DNA from: Cyanobacteria bacterium J06626_4
GTDB lineage: Bacteria; Cyanobacteriota; Cyanobacteriia; Phormidesmidales; Phormidesmidaceae
Assembly (NCBI GenBank): GCA_038523235.1
Contig: JBCBJQ010000011.1
Span: 40,948-104,947 of the forward strand
DNA: 64,000 nt
Direction: 5' to 3'
The notes below the pieces were generated by a model that worked only from the letters and a program-made list of their open reading frames with translations, was not told the DNA's origin and searched no databases. Positions 21,525 through 31,965 of the stretch are shown in pieces (the first letter of the stretch is position 1; every line of letters begins with the position of its first letter). The translations under genes and the position numbers were made by a program.

Positions 21525-21818
21525 CTAGGACTCTGAGTTATCTTCTGAGTCACCCAGCAGACGACTCAGGCTGGCGCGAATATTGCCCATCAAACCTTCC
21601 AGGGCCTCTTTAAGTTCGTGCCAGGCGTCTTCTGCCGTTCCTGACAAATCTTGCAGGTTAACTTGAGCTTCATCCAGATATTTTTCTAAATTCTCAACCT
21701 CTTCATGCTGCACGGCGATCATCGTTTGATCGCGCTCGCCTTTGAGCTTTTCTAGCGTCGCTTTAGTCGTTGTAATCTGCGTTTCTATTTGCCGAACGTA
21801 GTCGAGTTTGTCACTCAT
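21525..21818 (-). CDS. Small coiled-coil protein (Sll1863-like stress protein candidate)
   Basis: 97 aa helical protein with ...AEDAWHELK...; AGGAG RBS. Confidence 0.55.
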   Translation of the reverse strand: MSDKLDYVRQIETQITTTKATLEKLKGERDQTMIAVQHEEVENLEKYLDEAQVNLQDLSGTAEDAWHELKEALEGLMGNIRASLSRLLGDSEDNSES

Positions 21819-21939
21819 GGTAAAAATCTCCTCTAAACAGGGATACTGGCCAATTAGCCAAAGAATAAAGAATGTGGCAGCGGCTGAAAGGGACGAAGAT
21901 TCTCAACCGCTGCTTTACTGAACTGAACGGGCCAGGGAC

Positions 21940-23091
21940 TTAGGCTAGGGCCGTGATCCCCAGCAAAATACCTGGTATCAGGAAAAACACCGTCACAATG
22001 TAGAGAAAGGCCAGATACTTGCGATCGGCAGCGATCGCAGCCAGGGTCTCAGCTCCCACGATCGGCAGCCGACACAAAAAGGGAATCCCGTAAATGATGA
22101 CGACGCCCAGGGTGTTGTAAAGCAAATGCACCATGGCAATTTCTAACGCGGGTACCGCTTCTGCCCCAGAGACTGCCGTGGCGGCCAACAGCGCGGTCAC
22201 ACAGGTGCCAATATTGGCCCCGAGAGTAAAGGGGTAAACCTGTGCTAGGCCAAAGACCCCCGCCCCGGCTAAAGGCACCATCAAACTGGTCGTGGTGGAA
22301 GAAGACTGTACCAAAATGGTGATCAGGGTACCAGCCAAAATACCGGCAATGGGGCCGCGCCCGATCGCAGTGTGCAAAATGTCTTTAGCTCGGCCGACCA
22401 TCAGCACCTTCAGCAGCTTGCCAATGAAGGTGATCGTTAAAAAGATCAGGCCAATGCCCAAGAAAATCAACAAAATGCCATCAAACGGAGCCGGAAAAAT
22501 ATGCGTGGCAGCTTTAAATAGATTCACCAATGGACTGGTGACCGTTTTCACCACATTCAAATTCTTCATGCTGGCTGAGCCGCCGCCGACAAAGATATTT
22601 GCCAGAAACAAACCCATCCTTTCTAGGGGATGAAACAGGATTTCTAACGGCAAAAAAATAACGACGCTGAGCAAATTAAAGAAGTCATGGATAGTCGCTG
22701 CCGCAAAGGCTTTTCTAAATTCCGTTTTGTCCGTGACGTGGCCCAGGCTGACCAAAGTGTTGGTAATAGTGGTACCAATGTTAGCGCCCATAATCATCGG
22801 TACAGCCGTCGCAACCGGCAATCCGCCAGCCACCAGACCGACGATGATGGAACTCACGGTACTAGAGGATTGAATCAGAGCGGTCGCGACGGTGCCCACA
22901 ATCAAACCCATAAAAGGGTTGGTCGCAAAGGCAAACAGTTCTTCGGCGCGTTCACCGGTGGCCGATTTAAACCCGGCACCAATCATGCCGACAGCGACAA
23001 CTAATAGATAAACCAGCAGCACAACGCCCAACCACTGCAAAACCGGATTCCGTTTAGTGGGGCTGATGGGGGGCTCGGTAACTTGACTCAT
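21940..23091 (-). CDS. Na+/phosphate cotransporter (NptA / PNaS family)
   Basis: Duplicated QSSS motifs (LIQSSSTV, LVQSSSTT) and GANIGT motifs. Confidence 0.93.
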   Translation of the reverse strand: MSQVTEPPISPTKRNPVLQWLGVVLLVYLLVVAVGMIGAGFKSATGERAEELFAFATNPFMGLIVGTVATALIQSSSTVSSIIVGLVAGGLPVATAVPMIMGANIGTTITNTLVSLGHVTDKTEFRKAFAAATIHDFFNLLSVVIFLPLEILFHPLERMGLFLANIFVGGGSASMKNLNVVKTVTSPLVNLFKAATHIFPAPFDGILLIFLGIGLIFLTITFIGKLLKVLMVGRAKDILHTAIGRGPIAGILAGTLITILVQSSSTTTSLMVPLAGAGVFGLAQVYPFTLGANIGTCVTALLAATAVSGAEAVPALEIAMVHLLYNTLGVVIIYGIPFLCRLPIVGAETLAAIAADRKYLAFLYIVTVFFLIPGILLGITALA

Positions 23092-23250
23092 AAAAAAATC
23101 TCACTCCAGCACGAGTAGAACAGGAGGGCTCCAATCACTCAATTCAGAGGTTGCCAAGCTTAGGATGTCGTCTTCACCACCTCTGACTCATCAAGTAGCG
23201 AGCAGTGATGACAGTGTCGGAAACTCCTCACGACAGACAGTACACCGAGC

Positions 23251-23280
23251 ACATTAATGGGGGTTAATTCGCAGGTTAAG
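23251..23280 (-). promoter_or_regulatory. Putative Pho box (SphR-type TTAA repeats) upstream of the Na/Pi transporter
   Basis: Minus strand CTTAACCT-gcga-ATTAACCC-cc-ATTAATGT, then TACTGT (-10-like) 8 bp further on. Confidence 0.55.
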
Positions 23281-23372
23281 TCCCCGATCAACAGAATGAA
23301 TGGGCTTCTGCAGCCAATGTCACTAGCCTTTGAGGGGGCGCCATCGGGTATTCCCTAGGGGCGGTTCTATGC

Positions 23373-24518
23373 TCAAGACTTGAGCACGGCTTGCACGGCT
23401 CGTTGTTGATCGCGGCGAGTAATCCAGCGGTGGTAAGTGCGATTGTGAATCGCGACCGAGTGCCCCATCATGCGAGCCGCCACAGTATCCGGCACCCCTA
23501 AAAGAATCGTGCGTACAGCCCAAGCATGACGCAAATCATAGGGTGAGAAGGGAATCTCATAGCGGCGAAACTGCAGGGTGACTTGCTGACCAATTCGCTG
23601 CAGGGTGGTTTTCGCTAAATCAAATTCGACGTCGGGCAGCGTCTGGTCGCGCAGGCCAAATTCGTCAATCCACTGCGGTGGAAACGGCCATACGTCGTGG
23701 GCACCAGTTTTCGTGACGTCCAGGACTTCGATCGCCGCTTCGGCATCCCCCTTTATCAACGCCCGACAGTCACAGAAAAACACCTCGTGATTGCGCAAGC
23801 CGTAGGCAGCCATCATGCCGTAAACACACTGCCACGCTGGGTTGGGAATGCGATGAAACCACTGCAGAATTTCGTCATCAGTCGGCAACTGGCGCATCTG
23901 GGTGCGACTGCTGCCATATTTGCCCCACAGGGTCTTCAAATCAATCGGCAGCTCAAGGCCGAGGTAAGCAGCGAAAGCATCCATCGCGGTGCAGCAAACC
24001 TGGCGACTGCGAGAGTTGGCTCGCGTGCCCTTGACGGTGGCGACAATGGCCTCCGGCAGGCTCAACGACCGGCGATCGCTGAGTTCCTGCAGTTTTTTAA
24101 GGTAAGGGCGGTAGGCCTTCTCCCAAGTGGCTTTGACCGATGCGGGGTGCTTATCGGGGTCGGCGGCGGCCGCGTCAAGATAGTGCTGGGCAAAGGCGGC
24201 AATTTTGTCCGTCAGTTCATCTGAGCCCAAAACCGCCCCCCGCTGCACCAGATAAGGTCGCCAGTCAAAGGTCTGTTCGATCAGGCGGGCGGCAATGACC
24301 TTGGCTTCTTGCTCTGCCTGCTTGAGGGCAGTTTTATGGGCGGGCAGCTTGAGGGGAATGCGCTGTTGATAGGGGTGATAGCGATCGCTGCCGGGACGCG
24401 GCGGCAGCGTGCCGCGCAGGGCTAGCATATCGCCCCGTCGCTCAATCTTGAGCCCCAAGCGAGCCGCTTTGAGTCGCTGGTTGACTTTGACAATGTGGGG
24501 ATCGAGCGGATGCGTCAT
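23373..24518 (-). CDS. Site-specific tyrosine recombinase/integrase
   Basis: Catalytic residues present: YGLRNHE, KTG, YDLRHAWA, MGH, terminal HNRTY. Confidence 0.88.
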   Translation of the reverse strand: MTHPLDPHIVKVNQRLKAARLGLKIERRGDMLALRGTLPPRPGSDRYHPYQQRIPLKLPAHKTALKQAEQEAKVIAARLIEQTFDWRPYLVQRGAVLGSDELTDKIAAFAQHYLDAAAADPDKHPASVKATWEKAYRPYLKKLQELSDRRSLSLPEAIVATVKGTRANSRSRQVCCTAMDAFAAYLGLELPIDLKTLWGKYGSSRTQMRQLPTDDEILQWFHRIPNPAWQCVYGMMAAYGLRNHEVFFCDCRALIKGDAEAAIEVLDVTKTGAHDVWPFPPQWIDEFGLRDQTLPDVEFDLAKTTLQRIGQQVTLQFRRYEIPFSPYDLRHAWAVRTILLGVPDTVAARMMGHSVAIHNRTYHRWITRRDQQRAVQAVLKS

Positions 24519-24814
24519 AGCAAAAGTTATAGATTCTCAGGCCAAGCGGCGGCGATCCGCCGCCAGCGGTTGCAGGGGCTGCTTAAAAATAGCGTCTCGG
24601 CTGACCAGGGGGCAGTTCTGCTCGCCCCTGCCAAAAACCAATGCGCTTCTAGAAAGACGACCTAAGCACAGAGTCCTGAAGCGATCGCCTCGTTATTGGG
24701 TAGATTGCCCAGGGTCGAACTCACGTGGGATCGCCTCAAAACTGTAGAATAAACTCTGCGAATACCACGCTTTTTTATTAATCAACCGTAAGGGCAAAAA
24801 GGAGAGAAATCACT

Positions 24815-24919
24815 ATGGGCGGCGAGATTGCTAGTACAGCTATTCTACTATCGACATTGGTTTTGGTGGGATTGGGCGTTGGCTTTGTGATGCTGCGGTT
24901 GCAGGGCGGCGAAGAGTAA
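24815..24919 (+). CDS. petM: Cytochrome b6f subunit VII (not in ORF track)
   Basis: MGGEIASTAILLSTLVLVGLGVGFVMLRLQGGEE; AAGGAG RBS; directly upstream of ycf39. Confidence 0.92.
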   Translation: MGGEIASTAILLSTLVLVGLGVGFVMLRLQGGEE

Positions 24920-25008
24920 GGTTTCAAGAACCCTGGGTGCAATCAATGGGACACCTGGGGTTCATCTGGTATGGTTAGAAGAACGTAAACTTTTGTTTCT
25001 AATTTTTC

Positions 25009-25965
25009 ATGAAACTCTTGGTCATCGGTGGCACCGGTACGTTGGGCAGGCAAATTGTCCGACGTGCTCTAGATGAAGGGCATGAGGTCTATTGCCTCGT
25101 CCGTAGCTTTCAAAGGGGCGGTTTCCTGCGCGAGTGGGGTGCCCAACTTTTGCGGGGCAATCTCTGTTCGCCACAAACGCTGCCGCCAGCATTAGAAGGG
25201 GTAGAGGCAGTGATTGATGCCGCTACGGCGCGGCCCACCGACGCGATCGACAAAGTGGATTGGGACGGCAAGCTCAACCTGATCAAGGCCGCTAAGGCAG
25301 CCGGGGTGAGCCGGTATGTCTTTATTTCGATCCTCAATGCTGAGAAGTACCCTGACGTGCCGCTGATGAATATCAAGCACTGCACTGAGAAGTTCTTAGC
25401 CGACTCCGGGTTGAACTACACAATTTTGCGCCCCTGTGGGTTTTTGCAGGGGTTGATTGGGCAGTACGCCATTCCCATTTTAGAAAAGCAAGGCATTTGG
25501 GTGATGAATGGGGCGGCTCCGATTGCCTATATGAACACTCAAGATATTGCTCGGTTTGCCATCGCGGCCTTGAGCAACGATGACACGGTTAACCGCAGCT
25601 TTCCGCTGGCGGGCAGCCGGGCCTGGGATGCCAACGAAATTATTCGCCTCTGTGAACGGTTGACGGGGCAAAGCTCTCGGGTTTCTCGCATGCCGTTAGG
25701 GTTGCTCAGAACGGTGCAAAAGCTGACTTCCTATTTTGAATGGGGCTGGAATATCGCTGATCGCCTCGCGTTTACTGAGGTGGTAGTGGGTGAAGAACCG
25801 ATGACGGCACCGATGGATGAAGTGTACGGCACGTTTCACATCAATCCCGAAGACATCACTACGGTGGAAGAATATCTGGGCGAGTACTTTAGCCGCATTA
25901 TGAAAAAGCTGAAGGAACTCAACTACGATCGCGAAAAGGCCAGCAAAAAGAAGCTGCCTTTTTAG
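25009..25965 (+). CDS. ycf39: Ycf39 atypical SDR (PSII assembly factor)
   Basis: GGTGTLGRQIVRRALDEG...FLREWGA...GLIGQYAIPILE...IADRLAF. Confidence 0.9.
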   Translation: MKLLVIGGTGTLGRQIVRRALDEGHEVYCLVRSFQRGGFLREWGAQLLRGNLCSPQTLPPALEGVEAVIDAATARPTDAIDKVDWDGKLNLIKAAKAAGVSRYVFISILNAEKYPDVPLMNIKHCTEKFLADSGLNYTILRPCGFLQGLIGQYAIPILEKQGIWVMNGAAPIAYMNTQDIARFAIAALSNDDTVNRSFPLAGSRAWDANEIIRLCERLTGQSSRVSRMPLGLLRTVQKLTSYFEWGWNIADRLAFTEVVVGEEPMTAPMDEVYGTFHINPEDITTVEEYLGEYFSRIMKKLKELNYDREKASKKKLPF

Positions 25966-26032
25966 GGCCGTACTTGAACGTCCTGCGAAGCATTGTTGCA
26001 GGCCAGCAGGACGTTTCTGTTCGACTTTTAAT

Positions 26033-26851
26033 CTAAATGGATAAAGGGAAAAAGAGCTGCAGATACCAGGTGATTAGCTGCTCTCCCCAAAAAATAGTCA
26101 CCAGGGCGCCCAATGCTAAGAAGGGGCCAAAAGGAATTGGACTGCGCCGGTTGAGCAGTCCCAGGGCGATCGCGCCGCCGCCGATCGCGGCCCCCAGCGC
26201 ACAGGCTAAAAAGCTGCTCAGCAGCATTCCTTGCCAGCCCAGCCAAGCGCCCAGCAGGGCTGCCAACTTGCCATCACCGCCGCCCATGACGGTCTTGCCC
26301 GTCAGTAGTGAGCCCACCAGACCAATACTTTCAAAAATCCAGAGGCCCAGCACGGCGCCAATAATGGCCGTCATCAGCCCCTGAGCGGCGGCCGCAATCG
26401 CCCAGCTGGCTGGGGCCGAGACCACCACGGTCTGAGCGATGAGCCCCAAGACCAACCCCGGTTGAGTCAGCTGGTTCGGCAAGGTTAGGGTGTCGAGATC
26501 AATAAAGGTAAGGCAGATGAGCCAGCTCAACAGTAGCCAGGTGCTGAGCGTGGCCCACGACAGCCCAAACTGCCAAAAAGCAGCGAGAAATAAGCCCCCA
26601 GTCAGAGCTTCCACCAGGGGATAGCGGGCGGCGATCGCCGTACGACAATAGCGGCAACGGCCCTTGAGGCAGAGCCAGCCCAGCACCGGCACGTTGTCGT
26701 AGGGCCGTAGCTGATGATGACAGACTGGGCAGCGAGAGGGCGGATGCAGCAGCGAGAGCTGCGCGGGCACCCGATAAATCACCACATTGAGAAAACTCCC
26801 AATAGCGGCACCGAGCACCCAGATAATGAGGGGAAATAGTAGATTAATCAA
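26033..26851 (-). CDS. pilD: Prepilin peptidase/N-methyltransferase (A24)
   Basis: GSFLNVVIYR, two CxxC motifs, DLD and GGGDGKL aspartate motifs, IPFGPFL. Confidence 0.93.
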   Translation of the reverse strand: MINLLFPLIIWVLGAAIGSFLNVVIYRVPAQLSLLHPPSRCPVCHHQLRPYDNVPVLGWLCLKGRCRYCRTAIAARYPLVEALTGGLFLAAFWQFGLSWATLSTWLLLSWLICLTFIDLDTLTLPNQLTQPGLVLGLIAQTVVVSAPASWAIAAAAQGLMTAIIGAVLGLWIFESIGLVGSLLTGKTVMGGGDGKLAALLGAWLGWQGMLLSSFLACALGAAIGGGAIALGLLNRRSPIPFGPFLALGALVTIFWGEQLITWYLQLFFPLSI

Positions 26852-27026
26852 AACTTATGAGGTCAGCGATCGCTGACAGCTCAAACATCCAGTCGCGTCG
26901 GGGGCGTCAGTCATTAACGGCCCCAAGCTTCGAGGTAAGGCCTGGCGGCATCCGCACCTACGCTATCCACTAGGGGGCTGGAAACGAGGTGTTGCAAGCC
27001 ATGCACAGCCTAATCAGTAGCCGCTC

Positions 27027-27305
27027 CTAGTGAATATCAGGTTCGATCTGGTTGAGCGGAATAAAGCATTCGCTGGGTAACAAAACCGGTGGCCCACTAA
27101 AGATGAGTTTGCCGCGTCGGGTTTTGCGACTAATCGCCACCCCCATGGGTCGCTGCAGATCTTCGGGGTGAACTTCGTAGTACGTACGGTAAATATGCCG
27201 TGCGGCTTTTAACAAGGCCGGGTCATAAACGGCCGCCGCTCCCGGAATCTCATCTGGATAAGGCATTCGTGGCGCAGGTGGGAGCGGCTGGTGATAACTT
27301 TGCAC
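27027..27305 (-). CDS. Conserved cyanobacterial hypothetical protein
   Basis: 92 aa ORF (AARHIYRTYYEVH...P.GVAI...RGKLIF...P.LLP.ECF) co-oriented between leuB and pilD. Confidence 0.7.
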   Translation of the reverse strand: MQSYHQPLPPAPRMPYPDEIPGAAAVYDPALLKAARHIYRTYYEVHPEDLQRPMGVAISRKTRRGKLIFSGPPVLLPSECFIPLNQIEPDIH

Positions 27306-27398
27306 AGCTCAAGAACCCCTAGTTCGTGTATAAAAACTCAGTCAAATATAGCAGCACTCTACGAGAACGCTATGTTGACGCCGACTTTGCAAAACTTC

Positions 27399-28481
27399 TT
27401 AAGCAAGTGCCTTTAGGATAGCGTCTCCCATGCCTCTGCAGCCGACGCCGGTCATGCCCTCAGCCATAATATCGCCGGTGCGATACCCCTGATCGAGCAC
27501 TTGGTTGACAGCCGCTTCAATTTTGTCGGCAGCGGCAGGCTGATTGAGTCCGTAGCGCAGCATCATGGCAGCGCTCAAGATCTGGGCCAACGGGTTGGCC
27601 TGGTCTTGGCCGGCGATGTCGGGGGCTGACCCATGTACTGGCTCAAAGACGCCTGGTCCGTCAGCCCCTAAGCTGGCCGAGGGCAACATGCCGATACTGC
27701 CGGTGAGCATCGCCGCTGCATCTGACAAAATATCGCCAAACAGGTTGCCAGTAACAATCGTGTCGAACTGTTTGGGCCAGCGCACCAGCTGCATGGCGGC
27801 ATTGTCGACATATAAATGAGACAACTCTACATCGCCATAGTCGGCGGCGAGGGCAGTGATGCGATCGCGCCAGAGCTGAGACACTTCCAGCACGTTGGCT
27901 TTATCGACTGAACAGAGACGGCCCTGACGTTTTTGCGCCGTGGCAAAGGCGACCCGGCCAATGCGATCGATTTCACTATCCTTGTAGGCCATCGTGCTGA
28001 CGCCCCGCTTTTCCCCAGTTTCACTCTCAAAGATGCCTTTGGGCTCGCCAAAATAGATGCCGCCCGTCAGCTCGCGCACCACCATAATGTTGACACCCTC
28101 AACGACCTCACGCTTGAGCGACGAGGCTTCAACCAGCTGCGGCAAAATGGTGGCCGGACGCAAATTAGCAAACAGCCCTAAGCCTGCCCGCAACCCCAAC
28201 AAGCCAGTTTCAGGACGCTGATGCCGCGGTAGAGCATCCCACTTATACCCACCGATCGCGGCCAACAGCACGGCATCACTCTGACGGCAAGTTTCCAGGG
28301 TGTCAGCGGGCAGAGGCGTACCCGTCGCGTCAATGGCGACCCCACCCATCAGCGCTTCCTGAAAATTGAACTCGATATCGAGCTGGCTGCCGACCTGCTG
28401 CATCACCTCAACGGTGACGGCCATAATCTCAGGGCCAATGCCGTCTCCTGGCAGCAGCGTAATGCGAAAAGATTGCGTCAT
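27399..28481 (-). CDS. leuB: 3-isopropylmalate dehydrogenase
   Basis: [35 protein letters not shown]. Confidence 0.98.
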   Translation of the reverse strand: MTQSFRITLLPGDGIGPEIMAVTVEVMQQVGSQLDIEFNFQEALMGGVAIDATGTPLPADTLETCRQSDAVLLAAIGGYKWDALPRHQRPETGLLGLRAGLGLFANLRPATILPQLVEASSLKREVVEGVNIMVVRELTGGIYFGEPKGIFESETGEKRGVSTMAYKDSEIDRIGRVAFATAQKRQGRLCSVDKANVLEVSQLWRDRITALAADYGDVELSHLYVDNAAMQLVRWPKQFDTIVTGNLFGDILSDAAAMLTGSIGMLPSASLGADGPGVFEPVHGSAPDIAGQDQANPLAQILSAAMMLRYGLNQPAAADKIEAAVNQVLDQGYRTGDIMAEGMTGVGCRGMGDAILKALA

Positions 28482-28630
28482 AGATTTGCGATTTACGGAA
28501 TGTTTGGTGGGGCGGGCTCAGGGAGCAGAAGCTTGCTCAACCCAGGGGCGTATTATCCTACGTCTGGGGGCGGTACTCAACTCTTTGCCAATCACCGCTG
28601 ACTAACGCTTGATTTTTCCCTGAGTAACGG

Positions 28631-29332
28631 ATGGACTATCTCTATTTGCACGGGTTTGCATCGGGGCCACAGTCGGCCAAGGCGCAGTTTCTCAAGCATC
28701 AGTTTGAGCAAATAGGCCAGTCGCTCCACATTTTGGATTTGAATCAGGACGACTTTGCCCATCTAACCCTGACGCGCCAGATTCAGCAGAGCCTCGCCTG
28801 GATCACTGAACGCAAAGCTGATCCTGTCAGCGCTGAAGTTCAGCCCGTCACAGTCATCGGTTCCAGCTTTGGCGGTATCACTGCAGCGTGGCTGGCGCAG
28901 CAGTCCTTAGCGCGGCCTCATATCGATCACTTGGTTTTGTTGGCCCCGGCGTTTCAATTTCTCGATCAGTGGTTGCCGCGCCTGGGGACTGCTGCGATTG
29001 AGCATTGGCAAACGACTGGCTGGCTATCGATTTACCACTATGGCGAAAAGCAGCAACGATCGCTGGCCTACAACTTTGTCACCGATGCGGAGCGCTACGA
29101 CGAAAGTGAGTTGACGACGGCGATTCCTACTCTCATCGTGCATGGTCAGCAGGATGAGGTGATCAACATTCAAGCCAGTCGCGATTATGCTGCTGTACGC
29201 CCTTGGGTGCAGTTGGTCGAGGTGCCCAGTGACCACAGTTTGGAGACGGCCCAACCGATTATATGGCAAGCGATTCAAGACTTTTTGACTTTGCCTGCTG
29301 CGATCACTCCGGAGCTTCCCGACCACCCCTGA
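28631..29332 (+). CDS. YqiA/YcfP-family alpha/beta hydrolase (esterase)
   Basis: YLHGFASGPQSAKA, GSSFGG nucleophile, HG..D and DH. Confidence 0.88.
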   Translation: MDYLYLHGFASGPQSAKAQFLKHQFEQIGQSLHILDLNQDDFAHLTLTRQIQQSLAWITERKADPVSAEVQPVTVIGSSFGGITAAWLAQQSLARPHIDHLVLLAPAFQFLDQWLPRLGTAAIEHWQTTGWLSIYHYGEKQQRSLAYNFVTDAERYDESELTTAIPTLIVHGQQDEVINIQASRDYAAVRPWVQLVEVPSDHSLETAQPIIWQAIQDFLTLPAAITPELPDHP

Positions 29333-29348
29333 TGGCCCAACCGATTGC

Positions 29349-30557
29349 TCACTGCTTGAGCAGCAAAAAATAAAGTGCACCATCAGTATTAATCTGACCG
29401 GCCTGTGCACCCGCCTCGTCACCGCTGCCCACAAAGATATCGACGCGCCCCGGCCCCTGAATTGCGCCGCCGGTATCTTGATTGAGCACATACCGGCTGA
29501 TGGGAGTAGGCTGCCAATCACCTGTAGCACTCCGTTCAGGCCAATCGAGGGTGATCAGCGCGATCGCCCCGGGTGGCATTAGGGTCTTATCGGTCGCGAT
29601 CGAGCGGCCTGGCGTCACAGGGACAGAGAAGGTCCCGGTCGGTGGCCCACCCGCCGTTTCTCGAAAGAAGATGAAGCGATCGTTGCGGGGCACATAGACA
29701 TCCAGGTCTTCCGGATGTTCCGCAAAATAGGCCAGCAGCCGCTCTAGGGTCATGCCCTCAGCGGGGACTTTACCATCGTTAATCAGCTCACGACCCAGGC
29801 TGACATAGTCGTGCTCGGTGCGTCCGGCATAGCCCACGGAGAGGGGCGTACCATCGGTCAGTTGCAACCGAGCCGAACCCTGCACCTGCACCAAAAAGGC
29901 TTCAAGGCGATCGCGCATCCACACCAGTTCTAGCCCCTGCAGGGGACCGTTGGCAGCCTGTAAACCGTCGCGGCCTTCTAGCGCTTGTCGGGTGGGGTGG
30001 GGCAGCGGCCAATCGTCGAGATCCGCAGGACGGCGATAAAGCGGATACCGATAGTCAGCGGTAGGGGTGCGGCTGGCCGCATAGGAGGGCTCAAAGTAGC
30101 CAGTAAAGTGAACGGTGCCGAGCTGATCGTTGCCGATCGATTGGTACAGCGCAAATTCGCGGCGAACAGCGGCGTCAAACTCAGCGGGCGAGTTACTGGT
30201 TAGCAGTAGGGTGCGAAATCGTCTTAAGCTGCGGCGCACGCGATCGCGGGTAATCGTCGGAATTGCGTAATCCGCGTAGGCGGTGGCCGCAGCGGGCGTG
30301 TCTAAATAGGTGAGGCTATGGGCGAGCGCGGTTAACAACTGCAGCTGCGCCGATGAGGCGTCGCCTTGCCACAGCAAGTCATCGGCCAAGGCTTGATCTG
30401 GCCAGCGCTCTAACCCTTGCAACGGGCGTGGCGCAGGCGTGGGTTGTGATGCTGCCGGCGGCTCATCCGCCAGTTCAGCGACGACGGGCGCTGAGCCCGA
30501 AGTGATCAGCAGCGCGATCGCGCTCAGCGTGGCGAATGCTCGGAATCGTTTACTCAA
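29349..30557 (-). CDS. mltA: Murein lytic transglycosylase A
   Basis: FTGYFEP, VQGS, 3D domain ...QDTGGAIQGPGRVDIF. Confidence 0.92.
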   Translation of the reverse strand: MSKRFRAFATLSAIALLITSGSAPVVAELADEPPAASQPTPAPRPLQGLERWPDQALADDLLWQGDASSAQLQLLTALAHSLTYLDTPAAATAYADYAIPTITRDRVRRSLRRFRTLLLTSNSPAEFDAAVRREFALYQSIGNDQLGTVHFTGYFEPSYAASRTPTADYRYPLYRRPADLDDWPLPHPTRQALEGRDGLQAANGPLQGLELVWMRDRLEAFLVQVQGSARLQLTDGTPLSVGYAGRTEHDYVSLGRELINDGKVPAEGMTLERLLAYFAEHPEDLDVYVPRNDRFIFFRETAGGPPTGTFSVPVTPGRSIATDKTLMPPGAIALITLDWPERSATGDWQPTPISRYVLNQDTGGAIQGPGRVDIFVGSGDEAGAQAGQINTDGALYFLLLKQ

Positions 30558-30571
30558 AACCGTTCAACTAC

Positions 30572-30835
30572 TCAATACCGTTCAACACTGGAGCTGAAGA
30601 TCGGCTCCACCCGAATCGCTAACAGCCGCGAGGGACGAATGACCATATATTCGCCTGGGTTGATCTTCGGGACGGGGACGCTGATAAACTCATCTGACGT
30701 GGCTTTGGGCACAAACTCACCGCTATACCACTTTTGAAAGTCTTGAATGGTCGAAAACTTGACCTCTTGATGGTGACCGCCATCAAACAGCATATGAACG
30801 TTATATTCGCTGGGCGTTCTGGGGGTTCTTGGCAT
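30572..30835 (-). CDS. Conserved cyanobacterial hypothetical protein
   Basis: 87 aa MPRTP...FQKWY...EYMVIRPS...VEP. Confidence 0.7.
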   Translation of the reverse strand: MPRTPRTPSEYNVHMLFDGGHHQEVKFSTIQDFQKWYSGEFVPKATSDEFISVPVPKINPGEYMVIRPSRLLAIRVEPIFSSSVERY

Positions 30836-31248
30836 CGTGTTCCCTGTCTTCTCGAAGATCGCCCCCATAACGGGACGCTATGACAGACAAATTGTACCCA
30901 GCGACGGGGCGATCGCTACTGAGAAACGCATAAATGCGCCTGGCACCACACAAATCGTTTCCTGATGACGCCTGAGAACCTTGAAGACAGAGGCTCACCG
31001 GGTCTCTCGGTATGATGACTAGAACTGAGGCAATAGCCCGCTGAATCTTCCGAATCTGGAGACTGTTGAATCCGGTCTCCCAAAATTTGGGGATCGGGGA
31101 GCTAAAACCGAATTTAACTGCGTCAGTCCTGATGGTCTTGTGAAACGATATCGGGCGATCGCCCCCTTGATAGTTCATGAGTGATCACCTTTCTGGAGGC
31201 TGTTCGCCCTGGCCTCGTCAACCCTGTGATATCCCTCCCAGAGTCGCC

Positions 31249-31869
31249 ATGAGTCACCCCTCCCCCAGTCCGACGACCCCTGATCTCTGCCAATATTTGC
31301 AGGTTGATGATGTCATCGACTGGCAACACCCTGAGGTGATGGCACTGGCGCAGCGAATTGGCCAAGCAGGGGACACTCCGACCGCGATCGCCCAGGCTTG
31401 TTTTGAGTGGGTACGCGACGAAATCCGGCACAGTGTTGACTATCAAATGAATCCGGTGACCTGCCGCGCTTCTGATGTGCTGCAACATCGGACGGGCTAC
31501 TGTTTTGCCAAGAGTCACCTGCTGGCGGCGCTGCTGCGCGCGAATCAGATTCCCGCTGGCTTTTGCTATCAGCGCTTGAGTATTGATGATGTCGGCTTTC
31601 CCTACAGTCTGCATGGCTTTAATGCCGTTTATCTGCCCGCGATCGGGTGGTATCGGGTCGATGCCAGAGGCAACAAGCCCGGCGTGGCGGCGCACTTTAC
31701 TCCGCCTCAGGAACAGTTGGCCTACGCCGTTCGACTGCCAAAAGAGGCCGACTATCCCGAGATTTGGCCAAACCCTCTATCTCAGGTGATTGCAGCTTTG
31801 CAGACCCACTCAACCTGGGATCGCTTGCTGCGTGAATTACCCGACGTACCCGCCGCGATATCAATCTGA
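31249..31869 (+). CDS. Transglutaminase-like cysteine protease
   Basis: Catalytic triad GYCFAKSH / LHG / RVDARG. Confidence 0.88.
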   Translation: MSHPSPSPTTPDLCQYLQVDDVIDWQHPEVMALAQRIGQAGDTPTAIAQACFEWVRDEIRHSVDYQMNPVTCRASDVLQHRTGYCFAKSHLLAALLRANQIPAGFCYQRLSIDDVGFPYSLHGFNAVYLPAIGWYRVDARGNKPGVAAHFTPPQEQLAYAVRLPKEADYPEIWPNPLSQVIAALQTHSTWDRLLRELPDVPAAISI

Positions 31870-31965
31870 AACCGCTGCCGATACTGAGCCGGGTAGACGT
31901 TTTCCCTGCTGGTAGTCGGGAGTCCGAGCACTGAAAATGGGAATTACTGCTGACGGCGAGCCAGA

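Noticed and set aside
23221..23235. Yfr1-like sRNA (ACTCCTCAC core)
   Set aside because: The motif is incomplete (ACTCCTCACGA) and lacks the two flanking hairpins; it lies antisense to the transporter leader.
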